From a virus (Duplodnaviria; Caudoviricetes): a stretch of 31,056 bases of DNA. Position numbers and translations under genes: made by a program. Each line of letters begins with the position of its first letter. Position 1 is the stretch's first letter. The notes under the pieces are model-generated. The model was not told where the DNA came from. It saw nothing but the letters and a program-made list of their open reading frames with translations, and searched no databases. This document shows, one piece after another, positions 16,090 to 26,500 of this stretch. Location of the stretch: positions 1 to 31,056 of IMG/VR virus record IMGVR_UViG_3300037423_000214; one strand, written 5' to 3'.

Positions 16090-17376
16090 ATGGCAATCAT
16101 CGCATCAGTTAAAGACAACCAGGCGCAGGTAGATCCGTACCCGATGCCGAAAATGGCTGGTCCCGATCCGTATCCGACCCCGCAAATGGCTGGGCCAGAT
16201 CCATTTCCGCAACCGCAAATGAGCACTCCAGAGCCGGTTATTGCCTATCCAAAGCCAACTATTGCAGCCGGCGGCCTGGATCATTTGCCGCAGTCGCTTA
16301 GTGTCGGTACGTCAACCGCAAGTAATGGTGCTACTACGTCAAGCACTCAGCAATCAAATCAGGCCTCTGAGACGAGCGGCAATATTTCTTCGCCAGGCGG
16401 ATCTCTGCCCGTCAATTTCCCTGCGCCTGCCGGGAATATTTCGGTTGGTAACGTCGCAGCACCCAACGCGTCGACCTATGACGCTGCGCAGCTAAACGAT
16501 CCAACCAAATGGAATGTCACGCCAGACCAGACTGTTGAAGGACGCATCAATAATCTGACAGATCCGAACAATCCGTTGATTGCGTTGGCACGTACTCGGG
16601 CAAAAGAGGAGCAGAATGCGAGTGGTAGACTCAACTCAAGCATGGCCGAGACGGCTGCCGATGTCGCCGCCTATCAAGCCGCCTTGCCGATCGCGCAGTC
16701 TGACGCAGCAACCTTCTCCAAGTCGGCTGGATACAACGCCGATCAGTCCAATCAATTTGCGGTGCATAACGTTGATTCGACCAATACATCCAGACAGTTC
16801 AACGCAGGCGAACAGAATAAGCTTTCCGGACAGAAGATGGCTTCGGATACGGCTTTGGCGCAATCCAAGCTGCAATCGGATACGAACATTGCGACTGCCA
16901 ATCTAAACGCTGGAACTGACAGAGCGAAAGCCGAGTTGCAGGCCAACATACAGCGTGAGATGGGGTACTTGGATAACCAGACCAAGATCAATCTTGCCAA
17001 TCTTGATTCCGCTACGCGCACGAACTTGGCTGAGGTCGAAGCCAATTACAAGCAATTGATGCAGTCGAATGCCTCTGCCTCTGATTTGTACCGTCAAATT
17101 ACGCAGAACATTACCAATATTTCTGGTAGCACGACGATGAACGAAGAGGCGAAGCGCACAGCGATCAATAATCAATTGGCGCTTTTGCGTTCCGGTCTTG
17201 GCATCAACGGCAAGATTAGCAATTTGAATCTGGATGATCTTCTTGATTTTAGTACGGTCGACACTGGATCAAACGGCAATTCTTCTGGTGGTGCGGCATC
17301 TATTCCGTCCAAATCATCAACAGCTACCAATGCCTCCAATCCTTATGAAATACCGTTAGGTGCCGGCGGTATTTGA
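16090..17376 (+). CDS. Putative internal virion / DNA ejection protein
   Basis: 428 aa, AAGGA RBS. Pro-rich N-terminus, SGRLNSSMA motif and an N/Q/A-rich region with 11-residue periodicity. Confidence 0.65.
   Translation: MAIIASVKDNQAQVDPYPMPKMAGPDPYPTPQMAGPDPFPQPQMSTPEPVIAYPKPTIAAGGLDHLPQSLSVGTSTASNGATTSSTQQSNQASETSGNISSPGGSLPVNFPAPAGNISVGNVAAPNASTYDAAQLNDPTKWNVTPDQTVEGRINNLTDPNNPLIALARTRAKEEQNASGRLNSSMAETAADVAAYQAALPIAQSDAATFSKSAGYNADQSNQFAVHNVDSTNTSRQFNAGEQNKLSGQKMASDTALAQSKLQSDTNIATANLNAGTDRAKAELQANIQREMGYLDNQTKINLANLDSATRTNLAEVEANYKQLMQSNASASDLYRQITQNITNISGSTTMNEEAKRTAINNQLALLRSGLGINGKISNLNLDDLLDFSTVDTGSNGNSSGGAASIPSKSSTATNASNPYEIPLGAGGI
16132..16230 (+). repeat. Three tandem 33-bp coding repeats
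   Basis: DPYPMPKMAGP / DPYPTPQMAGP / DPFPQPQMSTP. Units start with GATCC at 16132, 16165 and 16198. Confidence 0.85.
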
Positions 17377-17816
17377 TGATCACGTTTCAACGCGAAACGT
17401 TATTTGATGTCATCGAAGACATCGATCATCTTTTAAAGATTCATCATGAAGAAGTGTCTCCCTATCGGGTCGAAATCGATCCGATGTGGAGCGATTATGC
17501 CGTTCTTGAGAGGATGGGAAGATATGTTTTATTCACCGCTCGATGTGATGGCGTATTGGTTGGTTACGCAGCATTTTTCTTTAATAAGCATTTTCACCAT
17601 GCAGGGCTTACCGTTGCCATCAGTGACGTCTTGTTCCTGCATCCAGAACACCGAAAAGGAACTGGCGCAGGCATTGGTCTGATTAAGTTCAGTGAATTTG
17701 AGCTGAAGAAAATCGGCGCAACCAATATCAATTGGCACGTTCCTGAACATCTTTCCGCGGTCATGCGCCATTTGGGGTATGACCGTTTGGAAGCAGTCTA
17801 CGGCAAGAATTTATAA
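17376..17816 (+). CDS. GNAT-family acetyltransferase-like protein
   Basis: Pattern R.DG.LVGY, DVLFLHPEHRKG...G..LIK..E.EL...GA and LGY...E..Y.K. TGATG overlap with the previous gene. Confidence 0.8.
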   Translation: MITFQRETLFDVIEDIDHLLKIHHEEVSPYRVEIDPMWSDYAVLERMGRYVLFTARCDGVLVGYAAFFFNKHFHHAGLTVAISDVLFLHPEHRKGTGAGIGLIKFSEFELKKIGATNINWHVPEHLSAVMRHLGYDRLEAVYGKNL

Positions 17817-17828
17817 GGAGAGTTACAC

Positions 17829-18761
17829 ATGGCAATTGCAGCTATTGGTGCCGTTATTGCTGGAACCGCGACGGTCGTTGAAACCGTGGCGGCTGTCGGC
17901 ACGGTGTTATCAGTGGTTGGCGCGGCGACCGGCAACAAAGATTTGATGAAAATCGGCGGTGTTATGGGATTGGTCGGGGCCGGCATCGGATTAGCTGAAG
18001 GTTTGGCGAATGGCGCATCCGCCGTCGCAGAACCATTTGTTGACGCAACTGGAGCCGCAGAAGCGACCAATTCATTGGCTAATACTGCGGCTAATGTAGC
18101 GGAGTCTGGCGTTCCTGTCGGCGCCGAATCGGCAAGTGGAGTTCCCGATACGACTGGAATCGCCAGCGATACATTCAATGCTGGTAAGGATTCGCAGCTT
18201 GCCAATGAACAGATGGCCAATAGCGCTTCTCCGGATATGGCAGCCCAAGCCGATCGCACGGTGAATACGCTGGACTTGACCGACAGCTCCGGCAGTGGCG
18301 CAAGTGATTCTGCAAGCGGCACCACAAGTGACATCAATTCTGCGCCCACATCCTCCGCGCAGAATTTGGCGAGATCACAGGCTGATTTATCGGTGAAAAC
18401 GCCAGATTCCCCAGTTGCTCCAGATGCGCCGAATGCGCCAACATCGCCAGCCGATGCCGAGAAGTTAGGAACTGGCATTCAAGATTCCAAGGGATTTTTT
18501 GGCAAGACGCTGGATTTCTTGAACGACCCGAAAAACAAAAATTTGATTACGCTAGGCGGCAATGTGTTAAGCGGCATTCAAAAAGGGCAGCAATTTGATC
18601 AGCTATATGATTTGAAAGCACAAGAAAACGCACGTGCAAATCAGATGTTGGCAAATGGTAGCGCTCAGCCCGCTATCAACATCCGAGTCAATCCGAACGC
18701 AAATGTGTTCTCCAATCCAGCGCAGCAATACAACGGCATCATCCCGCGAGTAAGAGGTTAA
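17829..18761 (+). CDS. Putative internal virion / ejection protein
   Basis: AAGGAG RBS. The G/A/V-rich hydrophobic N-terminal hairpin is followed by a low-complexity S/A/D/T region, as in podovirus ejection proteins. Confidence 0.6.
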   Translation: MAIAAIGAVIAGTATVVETVAAVGTVLSVVGAATGNKDLMKIGGVMGLVGAGIGLAEGLANGASAVAEPFVDATGAAEATNSLANTAANVAESGVPVGAESASGVPDTTGIASDTFNAGKDSQLANEQMANSASPDMAAQADRTVNTLDLTDSSGSGASDSASGTTSDINSAPTSSAQNLARSQADLSVKTPDSPVAPDAPNAPTSPADAEKLGTGIQDSKGFFGKTLDFLNDPKNKNLITLGGNVLSGIQKGQQFDQLYDLKAQENARANQMLANGSAQPAINIRVNPNANVFSNPAQQYNGIIPRVRG

Positions 18762-18763
18762 AC

Positions 18764-19264
18764 ATGTTAGGAAAAACCACCAACAAGCTTCTCCAAAAAG
18801 TTGAGCAGGATGCAGAAAATGCCGTGCCAGCCGAATTGAGGTCCGCATTCCAGCGCATTTTGCAAGCTGGATTGACCATCATCTATGCGCCAGAAACGCG
18901 TGATGAATTAATGCAGGAATTGAACAAGCCTGGTGATATTGCCGAGAATATCGGCGAAGGCGCAGCTAAACTGTATGTGCTTTTGTTGAACAAATCCAAA
19001 GGCACGATGCCGCCCAAGGCAGGCGTCAAAGCGGTGACGGTTTGCATGTGCGAAGTGCTGGGATTTTTGGAAGAAGCTGGCAGAGTCAAGGTAACGGCTG
19101 ATGTCGTTGACAATGCAACCAAGGCAATGTCTGCCTATATTCTGCAACTCATGCACGTAACGCCTGACAAGATGCATCAGTATCTGCAAGCCGGCGCCCA
19201 AGCGGCCAACAAGACTCAATCTCAACCATCCTCCATCATTGCATCCGCACAGCAAGGAACTTAA
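18764..19264 (+). CDS. Hypothetical helical protein in the ejection module
   Basis: 166 aa, GAGG RBS, tightly packed in the operon. Confidence 0.7.
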   Translation: MLGKTTNKLLQKVEQDAENAVPAELRSAFQRILQAGLTIIYAPETRDELMQELNKPGDIAENIGEGAAKLYVLLLNKSKGTMPPKAGVKAVTVCMCEVLGFLEEAGRVKVTADVVDNATKAMSAYILQLMHVTPDKMHQYLQAGAQAANKTQSQPSSIIASAQQGT

Positions 19265-19266
19265 CC

Positions 19267-20526
19267 ATGTCGATCATTATGAACGCAATCGGCGGCTTTG
19301 GTGAAGGCTTGCAATCTGTTGGCAAGGATTTGCAAGATCAAGACATGGCGCAGTTAAAGTCAAATCTTGAATTGAACCGCCAAGAAGCATTGGCGCAATT
19401 CACGAATAAATTGGCGGTTGACACAGAAAACCAAAAGCGTCAATCGCAGGTTGATCGTATTGGTTCGGCTCAGAAGGACATCATCAATCAGCTTATCGCG
19501 CAAAAGGCGAACAACAAATACGATTACACGGATGAGAGTGGTAATTCCAGTCCTGCTTCGTATGATGAGTTGCCTGATGATGATAAAGCCAATCCTGAGT
19601 TTCAGCCGACCGATAAGGAAAAACAAGCGGCCTATCGTGAAGCTGCCATCAAAACAGGTGATCTTGATCCGAAAACGGTCATTTCAACTTCCAGCAAAGA
19701 AGATATTGCGGAACTTAAAAATGATGCTTATCGAGACAAGATCGCCATGTCTGAGAGGGTCGCGCAAATCGCCGCACAATCACGTGTCGACGCAATGCAA
19801 ATGCGCTTGGATGCCGAGAAAGATAAGCGAGAGAACGGAAAAATCAGCGCGTCCATTGCCACCGCAGGGCTTACCAGCGAAAACAAGAATATCGATTCTA
19901 CGACGCGCCTCATCAACACTTTGACGCGCCAAATGGCGGATCTTCAAGGCGCTAAAAATAAACCTGAGCGTGACCGCATCCAGGCTGAAATTGACGGGTA
20001 CAAGGAAGAAATCAAGGAAAGTAAGCGAAACAAATCCATCTACCTGCGTCAGCTTGGCATTACGTCGGAAGATAAGCTGCCTGAGCAAAATGATGATCAG
20101 AACGCTCCTATCGGCGTTCGTCAAAACAACCCAGGCAATCTGAGAAATCCGAACGGCACTGGCTTTCAATCGTTCAGCACGCCGCAACAAGGTTTCGACG
20201 CGCTACAAAATCAGTTGCTGCGCTATGCGCGCGGTAGCACCACTGGGAAGCCGCTCGATACCGTGCAAGACATCATCAGCACATGGGCTCCTCCGTCAGA
20301 TAACAATGACACTGCCGGCTATATCAAAGAGGTTTCGGCAAAGCTTGGTGTGGCACCAGACGCGAAGCTGAATATCGCGCAAGATCCGGATATGTTATTG
20401 AATCTTTCCAAGGCCATTGCGGACCGCGAAGTGGGTCCCAAATATGCATCCAAGTTCTATGGCGCGTCGTCGCGGTCTGCCGTCGCATCCAATAATGATC
20501 CTCTCGGAATCCGCACAAAGAGCTAA
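19267..20526 (+). CDS. Ejection protein with a C-terminal lysozyme-like (virion-associated muralytic) domain
   Basis: Coiled-coil N-terminus. The C-terminal G.RQNNPGNLR...F..F.TP..G..A...L..Y...TV..II..WAP..DNNDT..YI..V...LG is a phage lysozyme-fold motif set. Confidence 0.75.
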   Translation: MSIIMNAIGGFGEGLQSVGKDLQDQDMAQLKSNLELNRQEALAQFTNKLAVDTENQKRQSQVDRIGSAQKDIINQLIAQKANNKYDYTDESGNSSPASYDELPDDDKANPEFQPTDKEKQAAYREAAIKTGDLDPKTVISTSSKEDIAELKNDAYRDKIAMSERVAQIAAQSRVDAMQMRLDAEKDKRENGKISASIATAGLTSENKNIDSTTRLINTLTRQMADLQGAKNKPERDRIQAEIDGYKEEIKESKRNKSIYLRQLGITSEDKLPEQNDDQNAPIGVRQNNPGNLRNPNGTGFQSFSTPQQGFDALQNQLLRYARGSTTGKPLDTVQDIISTWAPPSDNNDTAGYIKEVSAKLGVAPDAKLNIAQDPDMLLNLSKAIADREVGPKYASKFYGASSRSAVASNNDPLGIRTKS

Positions 20527-20529
20527 TCA

Positions 20530-23500
20530 ATGAATATTGCTGAGTTCAAGTCGCAGTACCCGCAATATGAAGATATGTCGGACGCAGATCTGGCAGACGC
20601 ATTGCATGCGAAATATTACTCTGACATTCCGAAGTCCGCATTCTTCGAGCAAGTAGGACTCCCCGCGAAAGCCGCTGAGCCGGCATCCCCATCCTCCAAT
20701 CCCAAGATCGATACCGTTTCTAATCCGATGGCAACGGACGATCAGCCGAAGAAGGGATTATTTGACACTGCGGTAGATGCAGTCAAAGGCGTTGCTTCGA
20801 ATGTCTACGAAGGCGTCAAGCACGATCTAGGCTTCGATGAAGGCAAGTCTGTCATGGATAACCTGCCCAAGCAGGCTCCTGTAGATCGGAAGGGTACGGA
20901 CAACCCAAATCTAGGGCCGTTGCGCGCCGATTACGTCGCGCGCATGTCCCAGCAAATCAATTCTCTTCCTCTTGATCAACAAGCTGATTTATCGAAGCGC
21001 GACGATTCCGTTGGCAAAATCGCCAAAAATGTATTCGACAGAAATGCGCAAAACCAAAGCAACCAAGCTGCCGGCGTTCCAGAGAATTTAACGGATGCGC
21101 AAACCGCACAGCGCGTATTGGCGCAGGGCGGCGATGGCATGCAAGATGTCGGATTTTTTGAATCAACTGGCCGTGCAACTGGCGAAGAGTTTGCTGGATT
21201 TGGCAAAGCTATCAATCTGGCGGTCTCTGTTCCAGCCATCGTTTTTGACAAGGTGAAAAGCGCTGTCACTGGCGAGAATTCAACCGGCGCACAGGACTGG
21301 GCGTTCAAGCAATTTGTCGATCCAACACAGCAGGCAGTTGATTGGTATGCGCTAAAGCCGCAAGAGCGGCAGAATTTTGTATCGAAAGTTGGTTCTGGAA
21401 TCGGTCATTTGCTGGCTGATCTCCCGCTCATCATTGCGTCAGGCGGCACATCTGAAGCGGCACCAGCCGTTGAGGGCACGGTGAGCATCTGGAAGCATCT
21501 AGGCCAATCCCTTGATCATGGGCTTACCGCCATGCGGCCGGTTATGGTCAAGGCAGGCATGGATAAGGCCGAACAGATCCTTAACAAGGGCGGCACCGTT
21601 GAGCAAGCGATTGAGGGCGGCACGACCGCAGCGCTTTTAACTGGTGCTTCCGGTGCGGTTCCGATGTCACTGGAAGGATCACTATTAAAGCGCTTGGCGT
21701 CCGGTGTACCGGTTGGCATGGCACTTTCTGAGGTTCAAAGGCAGGCTCAAAACGTTGTCATGCCTGACAACATGCAAGAACCCTTCTCATTAGAGAATGA
21801 TCTTGTCGGTGGTGTGACTGGTGCGTTAATGGCGGGAACCATGGGCGGCGGCAATCTTCGCCCAAATCTTTCGCGCGCAGAGCTTGGCTATCGTCCGAAT
21901 CGCACGCCCATGGCAGAAGCGGTTCATGAAGCCATTCCAGATTTGCAAAGGGCTTCTGATATTCAGCCTGCGGCAGAACGCCAAGTTATCAACGCGCCTG
22001 AATCCTCGATCGCCGACATTGCAAAAGCGAAGTCCGTTGATGAGGCAATTTCTTCCGCAGTCAAATCCGTTCCAAATATCGATGCCGAAGCAGTAGGGCT
22101 CAAGGGCGATGATTTGGCGCGTCATTTGGAAGATTCCAAGACGACAATCGAAAGCGTTGCCGACCAATTGAAAGCTATTCGCCCTCTGGAAGAGGTGCGA
22201 GACCTGGATACTCCTAAAGAAGAGGAGCGTTCAGTCGTTGAGAAAAATCCTGTTGAATCTATGATGGCTCCTGAGTTGGAGCGCACTGAGCCGATGGATA
22301 TGGCGGGCGAAACAGCGCAATTCTACAAACCGCCTGGACTAGATAAGGCTATTGCTGATGGCGTCATTCCGTCTTCTGTCACGCCATTAGAATTCAAGCT
22401 AGAGCCACGCACATTGACCGAGCGCGAAAAGTTAGAACAGATGCGCAATGTCGCAGGTTTGAACAGGGCTCTTTCCGCCGAAGGAATGCAGGCCGTTACG
22501 CCAGTCTATGAACCGCCTAGTGCCAATCATGCGATTGCCCGTGCCGTTGCCGATGCGTTCGGTGCCAAGGTGCAATTCATCAGCGGGGCCAGCGGATTCG
22601 ATGGTGTTTCTCACCGCGGCATTGCCTACTTGTCCGACACCATGCAAAAGCCTGAATTGGCGATTTCTGGCCATGAGGTCTATCACGCACTTGAACAAAC
22701 TAATCCCGATCTTGCTGGGCGATTGCTGGATCAGGTCCGTGCTTACCTGCACGATAATGTGATTGAAAACCGTCAGAAGTGGGAACAGGAACAGGCAGGC
22801 AAGCCGGTTTCAGAGCGCTATGCCGCTGGCGAAGTCATGGCCGATTTGAACGGTGCCATGTGGATGGATCACCGCTTTTGGCGCGAGATGATCGAACGCG
22901 ACGAAAACCTTTTCCGTCAAGTCGCCTATCGCTTTATGGAAGTCGCGACGAAGGCAGTCGATGCGTTGACTGGATCGCGCTTTGATGCCTCTGCACTGGT
23001 GAAGGATGTAGAGGTCGTTCGTTCTTTGATTGCGCAGACTTGGGCGGAACACAACCAAGCACGGGATGCCGCCCGAAGTGAGTTTGCTGCAGAAAGATTC
23101 GAGCCGCAGTTTTCACGCGAAGAGCCAGATGTCATTATCGGGTTTCCCTTGGGCGAAATGGTGAACCATCCTGATTATCAGGCTGCCAAAGCAGGCAGCA
23201 CAGAGGCCGCTATTCGTGTCGTGCGGGATATTGTCACGCCTGAATTCATTGCCAAGATAAGGGCGCAAATCGGTGATGAAAAACCCATTATTCAGCCGGT
23301 GGCGGCGATTGAAGCGTCTGGTAAAAATCGTATTCCGTCCGTTGCTGCGGCGCGCATCGCATCAGAACTTGTCTTGCCTGTTGGTGACCAAATTGTTCAG
23401 TCAAGCAGCCCGAAGCGGACTTCCCTGCAAGGTCTTGACCGTGTTTTCAATCGACCTGAATTTGACGGCGAAGTAGAAGCGGGGAGGTCATACTTCCTGA

Positions 23501-26500
23501 TTGACGATACTGTTACACAAGGCGGCACTTTCGCTGCGTTGTCAGACTATATTGATGGCCATGGTGGTAACGTTATTGGCATGGCAGCATTGACAGGTAA
23601 GCAGTACAGTGCAAGAATTGGATTAACTGACTTAACGTTAGGGGCACTTCGTGAAAAACATGGCGACATCGAACAGCATTTCCAAGCCGCAACGGGGCGC
23701 GGATTCGACTCGCTCACAGAATCCGAAGCCCGTTATCTCGCAAGCTTCAAACCGCCTGAGTCCGTCCGAGATCGAATCCTTCAGGAAGGACAATCAGCGC
23801 ACGATCGAAATGGCGAAGCAGGCCTTTCGCAAGACGAAGTAAATCAGCCGAAGTTCTCGCGCACAAGCGAAGAAAATCCCCCGTTCTACTCCCACCTAGA
23901 ACGTCAAATCCAGCAAGCCCCCGCCAAGATCGACAACGGTCCTGCGCAGCAGTGGAAAGCCTGGATACTCTCAAACGCCAGCAAGCTCGGCATTAAGGCC
24001 GAAGAAATCAAGTGGTCCGGTATTACGGATTACCTCGATTTGATGGGAAAGCAAAAAGTCTCCAAGGAACAGATCAGCGAATACCTCGCGCAAAATGGCG
24101 TTAAGGTGACGGAGATCATCAAAGGTGAAAATCCGGAGCCTATGCGCAAAGGTCGGGAGCTCGCGGAATCGCATGGGCACGATTGGGAAAGTCTGTCGAT
24201 TGCTGATCGCCGTCGCTATACGCAGCGCGCCAATGGCCATTCCTTGGTCGAAGATATTCCAAGCGAAACCAAATATGGCAAGTACACCTTGCCTGGCGGC
24301 GAGAACTACCGCGAATTGCTGCTGACGCTGCCGAACCGCATTGGTGACAAACTCGCTGAGTTGAAGCAACGTCGTGCTGCAATCGAAGAGCCGTATCAGC
24401 GTCGCGGTGAAGACTTGCCAGAATCCGTTCTGCCGGAGTGGAAATCTCTTAACAAGCAGATCAATGAACTGCAGTCGCAAAAGCCCACCGATTATTCTTC
24501 CTCCCACTGGGACGAACCAAACATTCTGGCGCATATTCGCTTCAACGACCGCACCGATGCCGATGGCAAGCGTGTGCTGTTCATCGAGGAGCTGCAATCG
24601 GATTGGGGCCAAGAAGGCAAGAAGAAAGGCTTTAGCTCAGTAGATGCGAATAAACCCGTCGTCGTTTTCGATGCTAAAACTGGTGAAAATGTCGCTCGGT
24701 TCAAAACTGGCGCTGAAGCAGAAGCGTACATTACTCAACATGACCCTAAAATGGTGATGTTGGACTACGAAGATACTACTGCGCGCGGCGGAATCGAGAA
24801 GGGCAAAATCCCTGCAGCCCCGTTCGTCACCAAGACCGAAGCATGGCTTTCTCTCGGCATCAAGCGCATGATCCGCTACGCGGCAGAAAACGGCTATGAC
24901 CGCATTGCATTCGTAAATGGCGAGCAGTCATCTGCACGGTATGACCTGAGCAAGCAGGTTTCAGATTTGACCGCGAAGAAGTGGGACGACAGCGGAAAGG
25001 TCGGAATTACCTTCACCGACAAAAACGGTAATACCCATGTGGCTGGCGAGTTCAAACCCGATGAGCTTGAGGGCGTGATCGGCAAAGATATGGCAAACAA
25101 GGTCATTGCCGACTTGTCGGATGCGTCTGATGGAACAGTAAAAAAATATTCCGGCCTTGACCTGAAAGTCGGTGGCGAAGGCATGAAAGCCTTCTATGAC
25201 AAGATCGTGCCGCAGACTGCGAATGAAGTGCTGAAGAGGCTTGGCGGCGGGAAGGTCGATTCGTCTATTATCAAGACCGGCAATGCGCCTGACCATGTTG
25301 TTGCTCAATATGCAGACCAGCCGGACCATCCGTTCACAAAGGCTCAACGGTCAACGAATCTCGGCTTCGACATCACGCCAGAGATGCGCGACCAGGCTAT
25401 GCAGGGCCAGCCATTATTCTCGCGCACTGATCAAACACAAGAGCCAACCGAGCGCCTGACTGATCGTGCCTCTGCCAAACTCTCTGAGTTCATGAAGGTG
25501 CCGAAAGAGTTTATGTCAGACTTGAAGCTTCTGACGGTCCCGATGGCGGAAGGGACAGATGTTGCGCGCAAGATGGCCAAGGACTACGCCAACCAAGAAC
25601 GCAAGGCGCAATGGCAGTGGACTAAGTTCGACGAGATTCTGAAAAAGAACTTCAGCGAAGAGCAGCGCCGTCGCATGTGGGAAGCTGCTGACCAGGAAAA
25701 CGATTTGCGTCGTGAAGGCCGCACCTCTGATACTGATGGATTGAACAGCCTGACGCCTGAAGAGCGCGAAACCGTCGAAACTTTGCATGCTTATGGAGAA
25801 GCGCTGATTCAGCGTGCGCGTGACAATGGTATGTTCGAAGGCGAGGGTGTGCCGTATTGGACGCCACGCATGGCGGTCATGGTCAGCGAATCAGGCGAAT
25901 ATACACGCCCGAAATCAGGTGGTGAGGGCGCCAGCGGCGATGTCGGCCGCAATATCACGACTTCCGCATCGAGCCTGAAGCACCGGAAATATCTGACCAG
26001 TGCTGAGACTGAAGCTGCCATGAAGGTTCGTTTGGCCGAAGAAGGCAAGGAAGTGCAGCTTGTGCGCGACATTCGTACCATGCCCATGGCCATGGCGAGA
26101 CTTGAGCGTGCGATTGCAGGGCGCGAGTTGATCAACCAGATCAAGGCGCTCGGCACCGCCACGGGCCGCGAGTTGGTGACGAATGCAGAAGGACCAGGAT
26201 TCTTCACAATCGACCATCCTGCATTCAAGTCTTGGCGCCCGAAGTTCGTGGAAGAGGATGGCCGCATGGTGTCGGCGCGCGATCAGAGCGGCGAGATGAT
26301 TTTCGAGAAGTCACCCCTGTACATTAGCAATGAGTTCAAGGGGCCGCTGAAAGCCGTCATGTCGGTCAAGCCGAATGCCGTTTATCAGGGCTTAATGACG
26401 CTCAAATCCAAGTCCATGGGTCTGATCATGTACTCCCCGATCATCCACAATGCAGTGGAGTGGGGCCGTGCGATTCCTGCGATGGATACTAAGGGAAAGC

